A stretch of 56,771 nucleotides of DNA, the filler included, from Sphacelaria rigidula (lineage: Eukaryota), in the NCBI GenBank assembly GCA_964200075.2. It is 5 parts of 5 records of this genome, joined end to end, with 100 filler letters (N's around TTAATTAATTAA, not from the genome) between each part and the next. Parts side by side here need not be neighbours in the genome. Positions count along the whole stretch, not along the records: positions 11,377 to 22,652 come from CAXNAA020005131.1; positions 22,753 to 34,026 come from CAXNAA020005132.1; 3 more parts are not named here. One strand, given 5' to 3'. This document shows, piece after piece, positions 11,377 to 23,203 of this stretch. A model generated the notes under the pieces. That model searched no databases. It worked only from the letters and a program-made list of their open reading frames with translations, and was not told the origin of the DNA. The stretch's first letter is position 1, and the number at the start of each line of letters is the position of its first letter. The translations under genes were made by a program, and so were the position numbers.

Positions 11377-14300
11377 GACACCTGTTGGCAGCAACGGCTA
11401 CGCCATCATCGGACGGTGGAGGCATGTTTTCATTTGTTAGTTTGCTTCGAACGCGGCGGGACCGGGCCCCGCGTTATCGCAATATGGGGCACGATCGCGC
11501 CCTGCGTACTCGCGTGCAGCAACCGGACTAGACACCTGTTGGCAGCAACTCCGACGCCATCATCGGACGGTTACTGCTTGTTTTCATCTGTTAGTTTACT
11601 TCGAGCGCGGCGGGACTGGGCCCCGCGTTATCGCAACATGGCGCTCGATCGCGCCCTACGTTCTGGCGTGCATCAACCGGACGAGACACGTGTTGGCAGC
11701 AACTCCGACGCCATCATCGGACGGTGAAGGCATGTTTTCATTTGTTAGTTTACCCGGAACGCGGCGGGACCGGGCCCCGCGTTATCTCAACGTGGGGCAC
11801 GATCGTGCCCTGCGTACTAGGGTGCAGCAACCGGACCAGACACCTGTTGGCAGCAACTCCGACGCCATCATCGGACGGGGACGGCATGTTTTCATTTGTT
11901 AGTTTACTTCGAGCGCAGCTGCACCGGGCCTCAGGTTGCCGGCAACATGATGCTCGATCGCGCCCTACGTTCTGGCGTGCATCAACCGGACTAGACACCT
12001 CTTGGCAGCAACTCCGACGCCATCATCGGAAGCTGACTGCATGTTTTCATTTGTGTTTTCACTTGTGACGCGGCGGAATTCGATCCCGCATTATCGGCAA
12101 TATGGGACTCGATCGTGCCCTACGTACTCGCGTGCAGCAACAGCCCCGGACACCTGTTGGAAACAACTTCGACGCCATCACCGGACGGTGACGGCATGTT
12201 TTCATTTGTTCCTTCGTTCCGAGCGCGGCGGCACCGGGCGCCGCGTCACTTGCCACGTGTCGCCTAATCGTGCCCTACGTTCTGGCGTGCAGCGACCGGA
12301 CCAGACACCTGATGGCAGCAACGGCTACGCCATCATCGGACGGTGGCTGCATGTTTTCATTTGTTAGTTTACTCGGAACGCGGCGGGATGGGACCCCGCA
12401 TTGCCGATGGTATGGGGCACGATCGTGCCCTACGTGCTGGCGTGCAGCAACCGGACCAGACACCTGTTGGCAGCAACTCCGACGCCGTCACCGGAGGGTG
12501 ACTGCATGTTTTCATTTGTTATATTCATTTCGAGCGCGGCGGCACCGGGCGCCGCGTCACTTGTAACATGGCGCCTGATCGTGCCCCACGTACTGGCGTG
12601 CAGCAACCAGACCAGACACCTCTTGGCAGCAACTCCGACGCCATCATCGGAAGCTGACTGCATGTTTTCATTTGTGAGTTTACTTCCAGTGCGGCGCGAC
12701 CGGGCCCCGGGTTAGCGGCAACATGGCGCTCGATCGTGCCCTACGTATTCGCATGCAGCAACCGGACCAGACGCCTGTTGGCAGCAACTCCAACGCCATC
12801 ATCGGACGGTGACTGCATTGTTTCATTTGTCTTTTCACTTGTTACGCGGCGGAATGCGATCCCGCATCATCGGCAACATGGGGCTCGATCGCGCCCTGCG
12901 TTCTGGCGTGCAGCGACCGGACCCGACACCTGTTGCAGGCGCCGCGTCACTTGCAACGTGTCGCTAATCGTGCCCTACGTTCTGGCGTGCAGCAACCGGA
13001 CCAGACACCTGTTGGCAGCAACGGCTACGCCATCATCGGACGGTGGAGGCATGTTTTCATTTGTTAGTTTGCTTCGAACGCGGCGGGACCGGGCCCCGCG
13101 TTATCGCAATATGGGGCACGATCGCGCCCTACGTAGTGGCGTGCAGCAACCGGACTAGACACCTGTTGGCAGCAACTCCGACGCCATCATCGGACGGGGA
13201 CGGCATGTTTTCATCTGTGAGTTTACTTGGAGCGCAGCTGCACCGCGCCTCAAGTTGCCGGCAACATGACGCTCGATCGCGCCCTACCTACTGGCGTGCA
13301 GCAACCGGACGAGACACGTGTTGGCAGCAACTCCGATGCCATCATCGGACGGTGAAGGCATGTTTTCATTTGTTAGTTTACTTCGAGCGCGGCGGGAACG
13401 GGCCTCAAGTCACCGGCAACATGGGGCTCGATCGTGCCCTACGTACCGGCGTGTAGAAACCGGACCAGGCACCTTTGGCAGCAACTCCGACGCCGTCATC
13501 GGACGGTGACTGCATATTTTTATTTGTAAGGTCACTCGGGACGCGGCGGGACCGGATCCCGCGTTACCGGCAATTTGGGGTTGGATCGTGTCCTACGTAC
13601 TCGCGTGCAGCAACCGGACCAGACACCTGTTGGCAGCAACTTCGATGCCATCATCGGACGGTGCCTGCATGCTTTCATTTGCTAGTTTACTGGGAACGCG
13701 GCGCGTCTGGGCCCCGGGTTACCGGCAACATGGGGCTCGATCGTGCCCTACGTACTCGCGTGCAGCAACCGGATCAGACACCTGTTGGCAGCAACTCCGA
13801 CGCCATCATCGGACGGTGACGGCATGTTTTCAATCGTTAGTTTTCTTTGAACGCGGCGCGACTGAGCTCCGCGTTATCGCAACATGCGGCTGGATTGTGC
13901 CCTTCGTACTGGCGTGCAGCAACTGGACCAGACACCTGATGGCAGCAACTTCGATGCCATCATCGGAAGCTGACTGCATGTTTTCATTTGTTAGTTTACT
14001 CGGAACGCGGCGGGATAGGACTCCGCGTTGCCATTGACATGGGGCTCGATCGTGCCCTACTTACTCGAGTGCAGCATCCGGATCAGACGCCGTCATCGGA
14101 CGGTGCCTGCGTTGTTTCATTTGTAAGTTCACTTCGAGCGCGGCGGGACCGGACCTCGCGTTGCCAATAACATGGGGCTCGATCGTGCACTACGTACTGG
14201 CGTGCAGCAACCGGACCAGACACCTGTTGGCAGCAACTCCGACGCCATCATCGGACAGCTTCTGCATGTTTTCATTTATTGGTTTACTCGGCACGCGGCG

Positions 14301-16955
14301 GGGTAGAACCCCGCGTTGACGAATATGGGGCTTGATCATGCCTTACGTACTCGCGTGCAGCAACCGGACCAGAGACTTGTTCGCAGCAACCCCGACGCCG
14401 TCATCGGAAGGTGACTGCATGTTTTCAGTTGTTTTTTCATTTCGAGCGCGGCGGGACGAAGCCCCAGGTCACCGGCAACATGAGGCTCGATCGTGCCCTA
14501 CGTAGTGGCGTGCAGCATCCGGACCAGGCACCTTCGGCAGCATCTCTAACGCCGTCATCTGACGGTGACATAAATATTTTTATATGTTAGTTTACTTGGA
14601 ACGCGGCGAGACTGGACCCCGCGTTATCGAAACATGGGATTGGATCGTGCCCTACGTACTCGCGTGCAGCAACCGGACCAGACACTTGTTGTCAGCAACG
14701 GCGTCGCCATCATCGGACGGTGACGGCATGTTTTCATTTGTTAGTTCACTCGGAACGCGGCGGGATAGGACTCCGCGTTGCCATTGACATGGGGCTCGAT
14801 CGTACCCTGCTTACTTGAGTGTAGCATCCGGATCAGACGCCGTCATCGGACGGTGCCTGCGTTGTTTCATTCGTAATTTCACTTCGAGCGCGGCGAGACC
14901 GGACCCCGCGTTGCCAATGACATGGGGCTCGATCATGCCCTACGTACTTGCGTGCAGCAACCGGACCAGACACCTGTTGGCAGCAACGGCTACGCCATCA
15001 TCGGACGGTGGCTGCATGTTTTCATTTGTTAGTTTCTCGGAACGCGGCGGGACCGGACCCCGCGTTGCCAATGACATGGGGCCCGATCATGCCCTACGTA
15101 CTTGCTTGCAGCAACCGGACTAGACACCTGTCGACAGCAACTTCGACGCCATCATCGGACGGTGACTGCATGTTTTCATTGGTTAGTTTACGCGGAACGC
15201 GGCGGGACCGGACCCAGCGTTGCCAATAACATGGGGCCCGATCATGCCCTACGTACTGGCGTGCAGCCACCGGACCAGACACCTGTTGGCAGCAACTTCG
15301 TCGCCATCATCGGACGGTCACGGCATGTTTTCATTTGTTGGTTCACTTCGAGTGCGGCGGTACCGGACCCGGCGTTACCGGCAACATGAGGCTTAACCGT
15401 GCGCTACGTACTTGCGTGCAGCCACCGGACCAGACACCTGTCGGCAGCAACTCCGACGCCATCACCGCAAGGTGACTGCATGTTTTTTTTGTTACTTTAC
15501 TCGAAACGCGGCGGGACCGGACGCCGCGTTGCCGACGGCATGGGGCTCGATCGCGCCCTACGTACTTGCGTGCAGCCACCGGACCAGAAACCTGTTGGCA
15601 GCAACTCTGACGCCATCATTCGAAGGTGACTGCATGTTTCCGTCATTTATTTTGCTCGGTACGCGGCGGCACAGGACGCGGCGTTGCCAATGACATGGGG
15701 CTCGATCGTGCCCTACGTACTGGCGTGCAGCAACAGCACCACCTACCTGTCGGCAGCAACTCCAAAAACATCATCGCACTGTGACTGCACGTTTTCATTT
15801 GTTAGTTTACTCGGAACGCGGCTGCACCGGGCCTCAGATTACCGGCAACATGGCGCTCGATTGTGCTCTACGTATTCGCGTGCAGCATCTGTACCAGACA
15901 CCTGTTGGCAGCAACTCCGACGCCGTCATTGGAGGGTGACTGCATGCTTTCACTCGTTTTGCATTTCGAGCGCGGCGGGACTGGGCGCCGCGCCACCGGC
16001 AACATGGGGCTTAATCGTGCCCTTCGTACTCGCGTGCAGCAACCGGACCAGACACCTGTTTGCAGCAACTACGACGCCATCATCACAAGGTGACTGCATG
16101 TTTTCATTTGTTACTTTACTTCGAGCGCGGCGGGACCGGACCGCGCTTTACCGGCAACATGAGGCTCGATCGTGCCCTACGTACTGGCATGCAGAAACCG
16201 GACCAGACACCTGTTTGCAGCAACTCCGACGCCATCATCGGACGGTGACGGCATGTTTTCATTTGTTAGTTTACTCGGAACGCGGCGGGATTGGACCCCG
16301 CGTCGCCAACGAAATGGGGCTCGATCGTGCCCTACGTACTCACGTGCAGCAACCGGACCAGACACCTGTTGGCAGCAACTCCGACGCCATCATCGGACGG
16401 TGACTGCATGTTTTCATTGGTTAGTTTACTTTAAACGTGACGCGACCGGACCCCGCGTTATCGCAACATGGGGCTTAATCATGGCCTACGTAGTCGCGTG
16501 CAGCAACCGGACCAGACACCTGTTGGCAGCAACTCCGACGCCATCATCGGACGGTGACTGCATGTTTTCATTTGTCAGTTTACTTTGAGCGCGGCGCGAC
16601 CGGGCCCCGCGTTATCGCAACATGGGGCTGGATCGTGCCCTACGTACTCGCGTGCAGCAACAGCTCCAGACACCCGGTGGCAGCAACTCCGACGCCATCA
16701 TCGGAAGGTGACTGCATGTTTTCATTTGTGTTTCCACTCGGAACGCGGCGGGATTGGACCCCGCATTATCGGCAATATGGGGCTCGATCGCGCCCTACGT
16801 ACTGGCGTGCAGCAACCGGAGCAGATACCTGTTGGCAGCAACTCCGACGCCATCATCGGAAGCTGACTGCATGCTTTCATCATTTGTTATTTAGCTTTGA
16901 GAGCGGCGGGACCGGGCCCCGGGCTACCGCCAATATGGGGCTCGATCGTGCCCTT
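11377..16955. repeat. Satellite array, ~154-155-bp monomer, ~36 copies (runs off contig start)
   Basis: GACACCTGTTGGCAGCAAC-type anchor recurs at 11377, 11531, 11685, 11839, 11994 and onward; monomers differ by scattered substitutions and a few indels. Confidence 0.97.
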
Positions 16956-17154
16956 CACATTTTTTGTGGGGCCCATTGCTTTTCTCGTGATAGTGTCGGG
17001 GCCGATACAACTGAGATGACTAATGAGCAGGATAGGCATTCTCCACCGCGGAGAGAGGAAACAATACACATGTTACTAGAGGAATCGGTAGACGACCATT
17101 GGTGCTGCCCTGACATAATACCACAGATGTCCGCCCCCTCGTTGGTTTACTCAC

Positions 17155-17314
17155 CAAGACGATGGCCATGGTGGTGGTGGTGGTGGTGGGCGGGCGGGGG
17201 AGGGGGGGGCTGCTGCTGTTGATGATGCTGCTGCTGCTGCTGTTGCTGCTGCTGTTACTCCTGCTCCTGCTGCTGATGGTCAGGGTGGCAACCGTGGCCA
17301 GGTGAGGGTGACTC
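17155..17314 (-). pseudogene. PolyQ/P/H exon remnant with in-frame stop
   Basis: ESPSPGHGCHPDHQQQEQE*QQQQ...PPPPPPAHHHHHHHGHRL followed by a G|GTGAGT donor; TAA within the Gln tract. Confidence 0.45.
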
Positions 17315-17487
17315 AAGTACAAATGTCAGTGTACACTCTCATGTTGTCCCTGGAGAAATTGAAGCTTGAAGAAAGCAAATTCTCATAACGGTTCAACACA
17401 TAATCCCATTGCTCACCATCACCTGTTTGCCTTCCCCGCTCGCGACCAAATTGTGGCCGAACCCTTGTCGACTTCGCAAACACAGAC

Positions 17488-17970
17488 CTCTGCGCCCTCA
17501 GTCTCTTCTGCTAGGTATGAAAAAGACCCTACTGTTACGCCATCACAGCAGCAGGCATCGGTGTGAGTAGCTCCCACCGCAGTCGCGGCAGTGGCGCCGG
17601 AAGCCCCGGGGACAGGTGCTTACCTGCAGTCATCGTCCGCCTCAATGGCTGGTGGAGCTCCCTTGGTGGGATCTGCTGCTGCTGCTGCTGCTGCTGCTGC
17701 TATCCCAGTCATCACGACACCCGCGGCAGTGGTGCCCGCACCCGTCGTCACCACGATGGGGATGCCCACGCCGACGCCTCCTGCAATGGGCACAGGCCCA
17801 CCGCTCACGATGCCGACGCCCCCTCCTACTGCCATGAGCACAAGCCCACCGCCAACAGGGCCCATGCCGACTCCTGCTGCCATGGGCCCAGTGTCCAACT
17901 ACGGCGGGAGCTACGGCGCTCAGCAGCAGCACCACCACCAGCAACAAGCACCCAGCACCCACCCCGCACG
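17488..17970 (+). pseudogene. Pro/Ala/Met/Thr-rich exon remnant with in-frame TGA
   Basis: After an ACACAG acceptor-like site, ORFs 17366-17566 and 17591-18061 share one frame separated by a single TGA (QQQASV*VAPTAVAAVAPEAPG). Confidence 0.45.
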
Positions 17971-18938
17971 CACCCATTTTCGCCAACACGAACGGAGGAG
18001 CATCGCATTTCCCTATTCCATCGCAGGTGATATACGAAGTAGAAGATGCAGCACAAGCTAGATCACATTGATACACAAGATATCGCAGTTGCTCAATCGC
18101 CACATAGAATATTTGGGGGCGGGGGATCGACAGCTGCGATTGTTGTTCATGACTACTTGGTCAGGGAAGGAGTACCTGCGGCATGAAGGTTCAGGAAGCC
18201 GTTCGTGGCGGTCGGAGGTCCGTGGCAGTGGGTCAGAAAAGTAGAAGTCATTGGAAGAAGGAACATAACCATTGTTTATGGGCGATCCTCTACCCATGGC
18301 TCCAACCCTTTACCGATGTTCATGTTTCGCGAAAGCAGTGTTTGCTTTGACAGCGAAATCCTCGGTTTACTCACCACGAGGACCTCCTGCACGCCTGGGC
18401 TTGGAGAAAAGCGACAAAGAGCCTGGCATGTGATGTATGCGTTGGTCATGCACAACCTGTGAGCCTGAGGTCAAGCTGAGCTGAATTCTGTGGTTTATAT
18501 ACTCACAAAATATACATGATATTCCGTGTAACCGTTGTTTCTACATTGCATGTACCACGGAGGCGCATCACATTGAGAACTACCCACATTTCTGTCACTA
18601 TTGAGAGGTATCTCACACGTTTGAGCGCCAAAAAATTGTCGTGAGTGACAAAGGGATTGGCGAGGAGTGATACTGTAAATAGGATTAGAAACACGGAGTA
18701 CTCCAGGCATTTCCTTTAAAAAACACGGGATTTCAAAACTTGGGGATGGATTATTTTGAGGATGAAAAACCCGGAGAATGAAAATCCTCACATCCACACC
18801 AAATCTTCGAAATATGGTTTCATTTCTTCACTTGCTGATAGCTATTGACACTACTACATGGCTTTTGCTTTTTATGCTGAATTTTACATTTTTTTATGCG
18901 TTTCATGTTTCATTTGTATGCTCAAAGGTGAAACTGAT

Positions 18939-19358
18939 CAGGGGTATACACGTTACACGTGGCGCTTTTACGTGACATTTTCGAAAAAACGCAACTTCGA
19001 GTCATCTCACGCTACGTTAGGTTTGATTTTTTCGATCGGACAAATGTAACGTGACGTGATGCTACGTGTGGTCCTTCGCATGGACCCTGACATGGCGTTT
19101 TACTTTCCAAATTTGACGAAAACTTTGCTTGTTTTCGTGAATTTGTAACGTGTCACGTCACGTGTCACGGTACAAATTCACAAAAACAGCCTTTCTGGAC
19201 AATCCCAAAAGACACTGCTTCAAGGTCCACACGTTACAAGACGATACGCTACATTTTGTCCCGTCCAAAAAGGCAAACCTTGCGCAGCGTTAAATGACCC
19301 AAAGTTACATTTCTCCCGGTTTTCCCAAATGTGTCACGTGTGAACGTGTATATCCCTG
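18939..19358. mobile_element. 420-bp palindromic hAT-like MITE
   Basis: TIRs CAGGGGTATACACGTTACACGTG / CACGTGTGAACGTGTATATCCCTG; self-complementary across most of its length; degenerate 8-bp TSD AAACTGAT/AAAATTAT. Confidence 0.7.
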
Positions 19359-20715
19359 AAAATTATGCGCCGATCAATGCGTATTTTGTGAAATATGCGC
19401 GACTTATGCGCCATTTTCGTGTCCTTCTTGGGGCGGTTCCTGGCGGCACCCCTCGTGAAACGTAGCTTCCAGCATAAGAACAAAATGGGGAACAAAAGCA
19501 AAAACTTACGTCTGATGTGAAATATGACAGATTTATTTTTCCATCAGGTTCAGATAAATATGAAGTAGTTTATATACAGCACAATAACCGATATCAGACC
19601 CGCAATAAAAGTCTAAAAACGAAACTACGAACACACCCGCCACGAATCGACGAGCCGCGCCATGTGGAGCACCCGTGGGGAGCTACTAGCTGCTTGGCAT
19701 GGGGTGGGGGTGCATAATCCCGTTGGAGTATCATATGGGCCAACTTATACGCTTGTGTCTTTTTTATCCTGAAATCCCATAGACATATATATTTTTTCAA
19801 ACGCATACGGTTATGCGCAAAAGCCCGTTTGATGCGAAATTATATGCGCGTATCAAAACCAAAGCCTGACTTCTGCACGCCACACAAAAATGGAGTTCGG
19901 CGATCTGATTGGATCATCTAAACTGCCCAACATTGCTTCTTCACCTAGGACCCCAACATGTCGGTTAGCAGGATCCGAATATGTATGGTGCCTGCTAGTT
20001 GACAACGGCTGCCAGTAGGTGAAGGACTGGAACTTCATTTCGAAGACTTGGTGTGAAGACGAATATTTGAATTCTCCGAGTTTTCATCCTCAAAATAACT
20101 CCATCCCCAATTAGTGAAATCTCGTGTCAAACATCGAATTTCAATCGGCTGAAATCTACGAAATATCAGTTGCAACCCCATATACTGAGGTGCACGTATC
20201 AAACGAGTGGAAAAGTTGACCGCAAAACATAGCAGAATCAACTTGAAAACAAAAAACGTTAAAGATAAATCAACAACGTCTGAAAAAGCCGGACTCTCCA
20301 CCGAAGATGAAGGGTTCGTCATATCCCCCCCGATATTGATATCCGTGCAACAAACACGAGGGACAAACAAATGCTGAGGATAAGCCAGACGCGCACAAAA
20401 AATCTAGGATGAACAAGATTGCTGTGGTGCCGAGTTGTGACTACATGACATAAAATTATACTGCTTGTGGTGAATTTTGTCGGGAAAATACGTGCGTGTT
20501 GGAGCAGGGTGCTGACAGGTGTCGATTCTCGAGCACCCATTCGCAATTGAGCATGCAGCACGTCGAATCATGGCGATAAAGGCAGAGCCATGCGATATCG
20601 CGGTGATTTCCTAACTTTTGTTCGTCCCTTGTTTTTCCTTGGTGGCAGGTTATCAACTCGTCTTGGAGTCTGGCTGCAACTCCGATGGGCGTGGTGAGAG
20701 CTTTGAGTTTGGTGT

Positions 20716-21400
20716 ATTGATTTGATTTGTCCTGAATTTGCTGATCCCCGAGGGACCCAGTCGTGGTCATTCTCCGCAAGACAGACGAACCCAAGGTATA
20801 CGAAAATGCTCGCTAACGAAAAAGAAAAAAAGAAGGGGGAAAGGACGGCGAAAAACGAACGGATTAAACGGGAAAACAAGGAAAACAAAACAAAATAAAC
20901 ACAGACACACGCAGAAGAGGGAGAGAACAGAGATGGAGAAGAGCCCAAGAAGTATATATAGATGTATATAACACAGAAAATGCCGGAAAACAAAATCGAG
21001 CTAGCTACGAATGGCCGGCCCGTGCAGCACGGCTTCAGGTGAAGAAGGTCTGGCGCAAAGAAGCACATGCACTCACGAAGAAGACAAATCAATTGGTCAC
21101 GGCAGATTACGCCTCTGCTATGTCGGCTATACTGTTTGAGTGTGAGCTCTGACCCATGAGCTCTACGGAAGCAAGGTACCAAACCACTACTTGCATATCA
21201 ATGTGCGGGATGAAACGGCGCACGAGAGAGAGAACGGAGAAAAAGGAAACGGCACAAGTGACAAAACCCAAGGACACAGTAGAGTATGTACAAAAGCATG
21301 GCAAGTAAACACCGCAAGAAGACAGGCGAAGAAAAAAGTGGACAGCCGATAAGACAAGACAGGGCAGGACTCGATCAGTTTCCGTGTCAACCTAGCCTCC
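20716..21400 (-). mobile_element. 3' part of a (CAAT)n-tailed non-LTR retroposon
   Basis: ATTGATTTGATTTG tail and GATCCCC...CCAG.CGTGGTCATT motif shared with the 9993 and 54900 copies; inner limit approximate. Confidence 0.55.
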
Positions 21401-21657
21401 ACCACCCATGCCTAGTCGGGTACAACGCGGGAAACTATGTAGAAGACTACCATCTGGGATTCTTCGCGTGCTGTTGCTGTTGATGTATCAGTTGTGGCGT
21501 GTTTCCTATACGCGACTCTCCGTGCAGCAGCCTCTCCTTTGTCTAGAAGGTCTCCTTTGCGTTTGTCTTCGCGTCGCTATGTCTCGTCGAACTCTTCCGC
21601 CCCTTTCTCGGCTCCAAGATGTCATTTCCCCCTGTTCTTCGCCGCAGTGAAACCGCC

Positions 21658-21962
21658 GCGCCCCGATGGTGTAATGGTCCGACTATCGCCATTGGGGTGG
21701 AGAGAACGGGGGTTCGATTCCCGATGCGTAGGGTTTTTCTTCGTAATGTATTATTTCCACAGTGGAAAGCGTGAGAACGGGAGTGAACAAAAGTAGTCGA
21801 CTGAGTTTGTGTGACGTGAGTTGACGATGTGCGGGTGTGCTGATCCAACCCGCGAGATCAAAATGAAAGGCACGTAACGGGGGAGAAATGGGTTGATCCC
21901 TCGAGACCACGGACTCATCCCGAGGAAGGGGAGAGGTTCAAAGTGTGAGGGAAAAACAAAAA
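21658..21962 (+). mobile_element. tRNA-derived SINE family A, long form
   Basis: A-box TGGTGTAATGG, B-box GGTTCGATTCC, ~300 bp, A-rich tail. Confidence 0.85.
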
Positions 21963-22652
21963 GTGATGTAATCGTGTGCTTCTTTGACTTCGACACCGTA
22001 GAGGAACTATCCACGTTGTGCTTCGCGGTTGAAAGATGTTTCCCCGGAAGATGTTGGAGTCGTTGTCGTATGTATAGTGATGGGCAGTTTCTTCACGTTT
22101 GTTCTGGCCAGCGTGACTTCTGTAAGCGCGTTGGGAGAACCGACCTCCTGGATTTGCTTTTACTAAGATCTCACAAATATCACGAAGCTAAACAGCCAAC
22201 TGTCCAATCCCGGGATTAGCTTTTATTAAGATATTGTCACACATATCACTGAGCTGAACAGTCAACTGATTAGCTCAATGGTATCTGTGACATCTCAACA
22301 AGCGCAAGGCTGGATTCAAAATCCCGTGCTGTGACTATCATCGAACGGTTTAGAGCCGAACTCGAGCCAGCGTAAACGATGCTTTCGCTCACGACCACTG
22401 CAAAAACACTCATGAAGTGATGTCCATCATTATCACGCAGGAGGGTGTTTGATCCTCATTCTGCTACGTGTTGCGACGCGAGTAGGGGTATCGTATTTTC
22501 GGGAACATGTAGGGCTGGCGATCATGGAAACAAATCACGGTTAGGACAAATCATCACGACTCAAAACCACCAAATTCAGGATTTCTTTAGCCTGATTGCC
22601 GAAAAGGGAGAAAAAAGTTGATCGCTGGTTCAAGGGGTATCCACGCAAATTT

Positions 22653-22752
22653 NNNNNNNNNNNNNNNNNNNNNNNNNNNNNNNNNNNNNNNNNNNNTTAA
22701 TTAATTAANNNNNNNNNNNNNNNNNNNNNNNNNNNNNNNNNNNNNNNNNNNN
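22653..22752. other. Artificial contig linker
   Basis: Same 100-bp N/TTAATTAATTAA/N spacer. Confidence 0.98.
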
Positions 22753-22810
22753 CGGGTTCTCATCCTCAATCAAAAGCACCATCCTCAACATAGATGATTG
22801 GCTGTTTTAA

Positions 22811-23203
22811 CTAGTTGAATGGTTACGAGTAGCGCACTCATTAACCACATAAATGGTACACACTGGTTTGGTCATCAAGCGACGCAGCCGCCAGCCAACC
22901 TCCCCCCCCCAGGCAGAGGGAGCCCCGCCGGAGGCGCCCCCGGAGGGTCCCGTTGGAGGCGCCGTACCGGAGGCACGTTTTTACGCGATTTGGCTTTACC
23001 AGAGCTGAAAAACACGTTAAATTTGGGCCAATTTTCAAGGGCTGTATGCATGTAGCATAACTAGCCGGTAACGGCTTATAAAGCCGGTAACGGTGAATAG
23101 TGGTATGAAACCATTATCGAACATTTTCATATAACTACAGTACCATTATCACCATTATAATGATAGTGGCCAGTTATAACTGGTAGTACCATTTCCGAGC
23201 TCT
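22811..23203 (-). mobile_element. Non-autonomous Helitron-like repeat (~390 bp)
   Basis: Minus-strand end is hairpin TGGTTAATGAGTGCGCTACTCGTAACCA followed by TTCAACTAG|T; homologous to 24741-25111. Confidence 0.55.

Noticed and set aside
11377-16955. CRISPR-like array (conserved blocks alternating with more variable blocks)
   Set aside because: The variable segments are homologous to each other and differ by point mutations, so there are no unique spacers. The context is eukaryotic and no cas genes are present.
11377-16955. Hammerhead ribozyme satellite (minus strand has CCGATGA and GAAA)
   Set aside because: The core reads CCGAUGA rather than CUGANGA, and GAAA is not positioned after a stem II. 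An Infernal search against Rfam hammerhead models would settle it.
11416-17222. Many overlapping repetitive ORFs (LAATPTPSSDG..., CWQQLRRHHR...)
   Set aside because: These are by-products of the satellite. The 154/155-bp period is not a multiple of 3 and the frames shift and stop irregularly.
21658-21730. tRNA genes at the SINE heads (also ~5810-5881, 9390-9462, 56388-56455)
   Set aside because: A and B boxes are present, but acceptor and anticodon stems do not pair, and each head continues into a SINE-like body.
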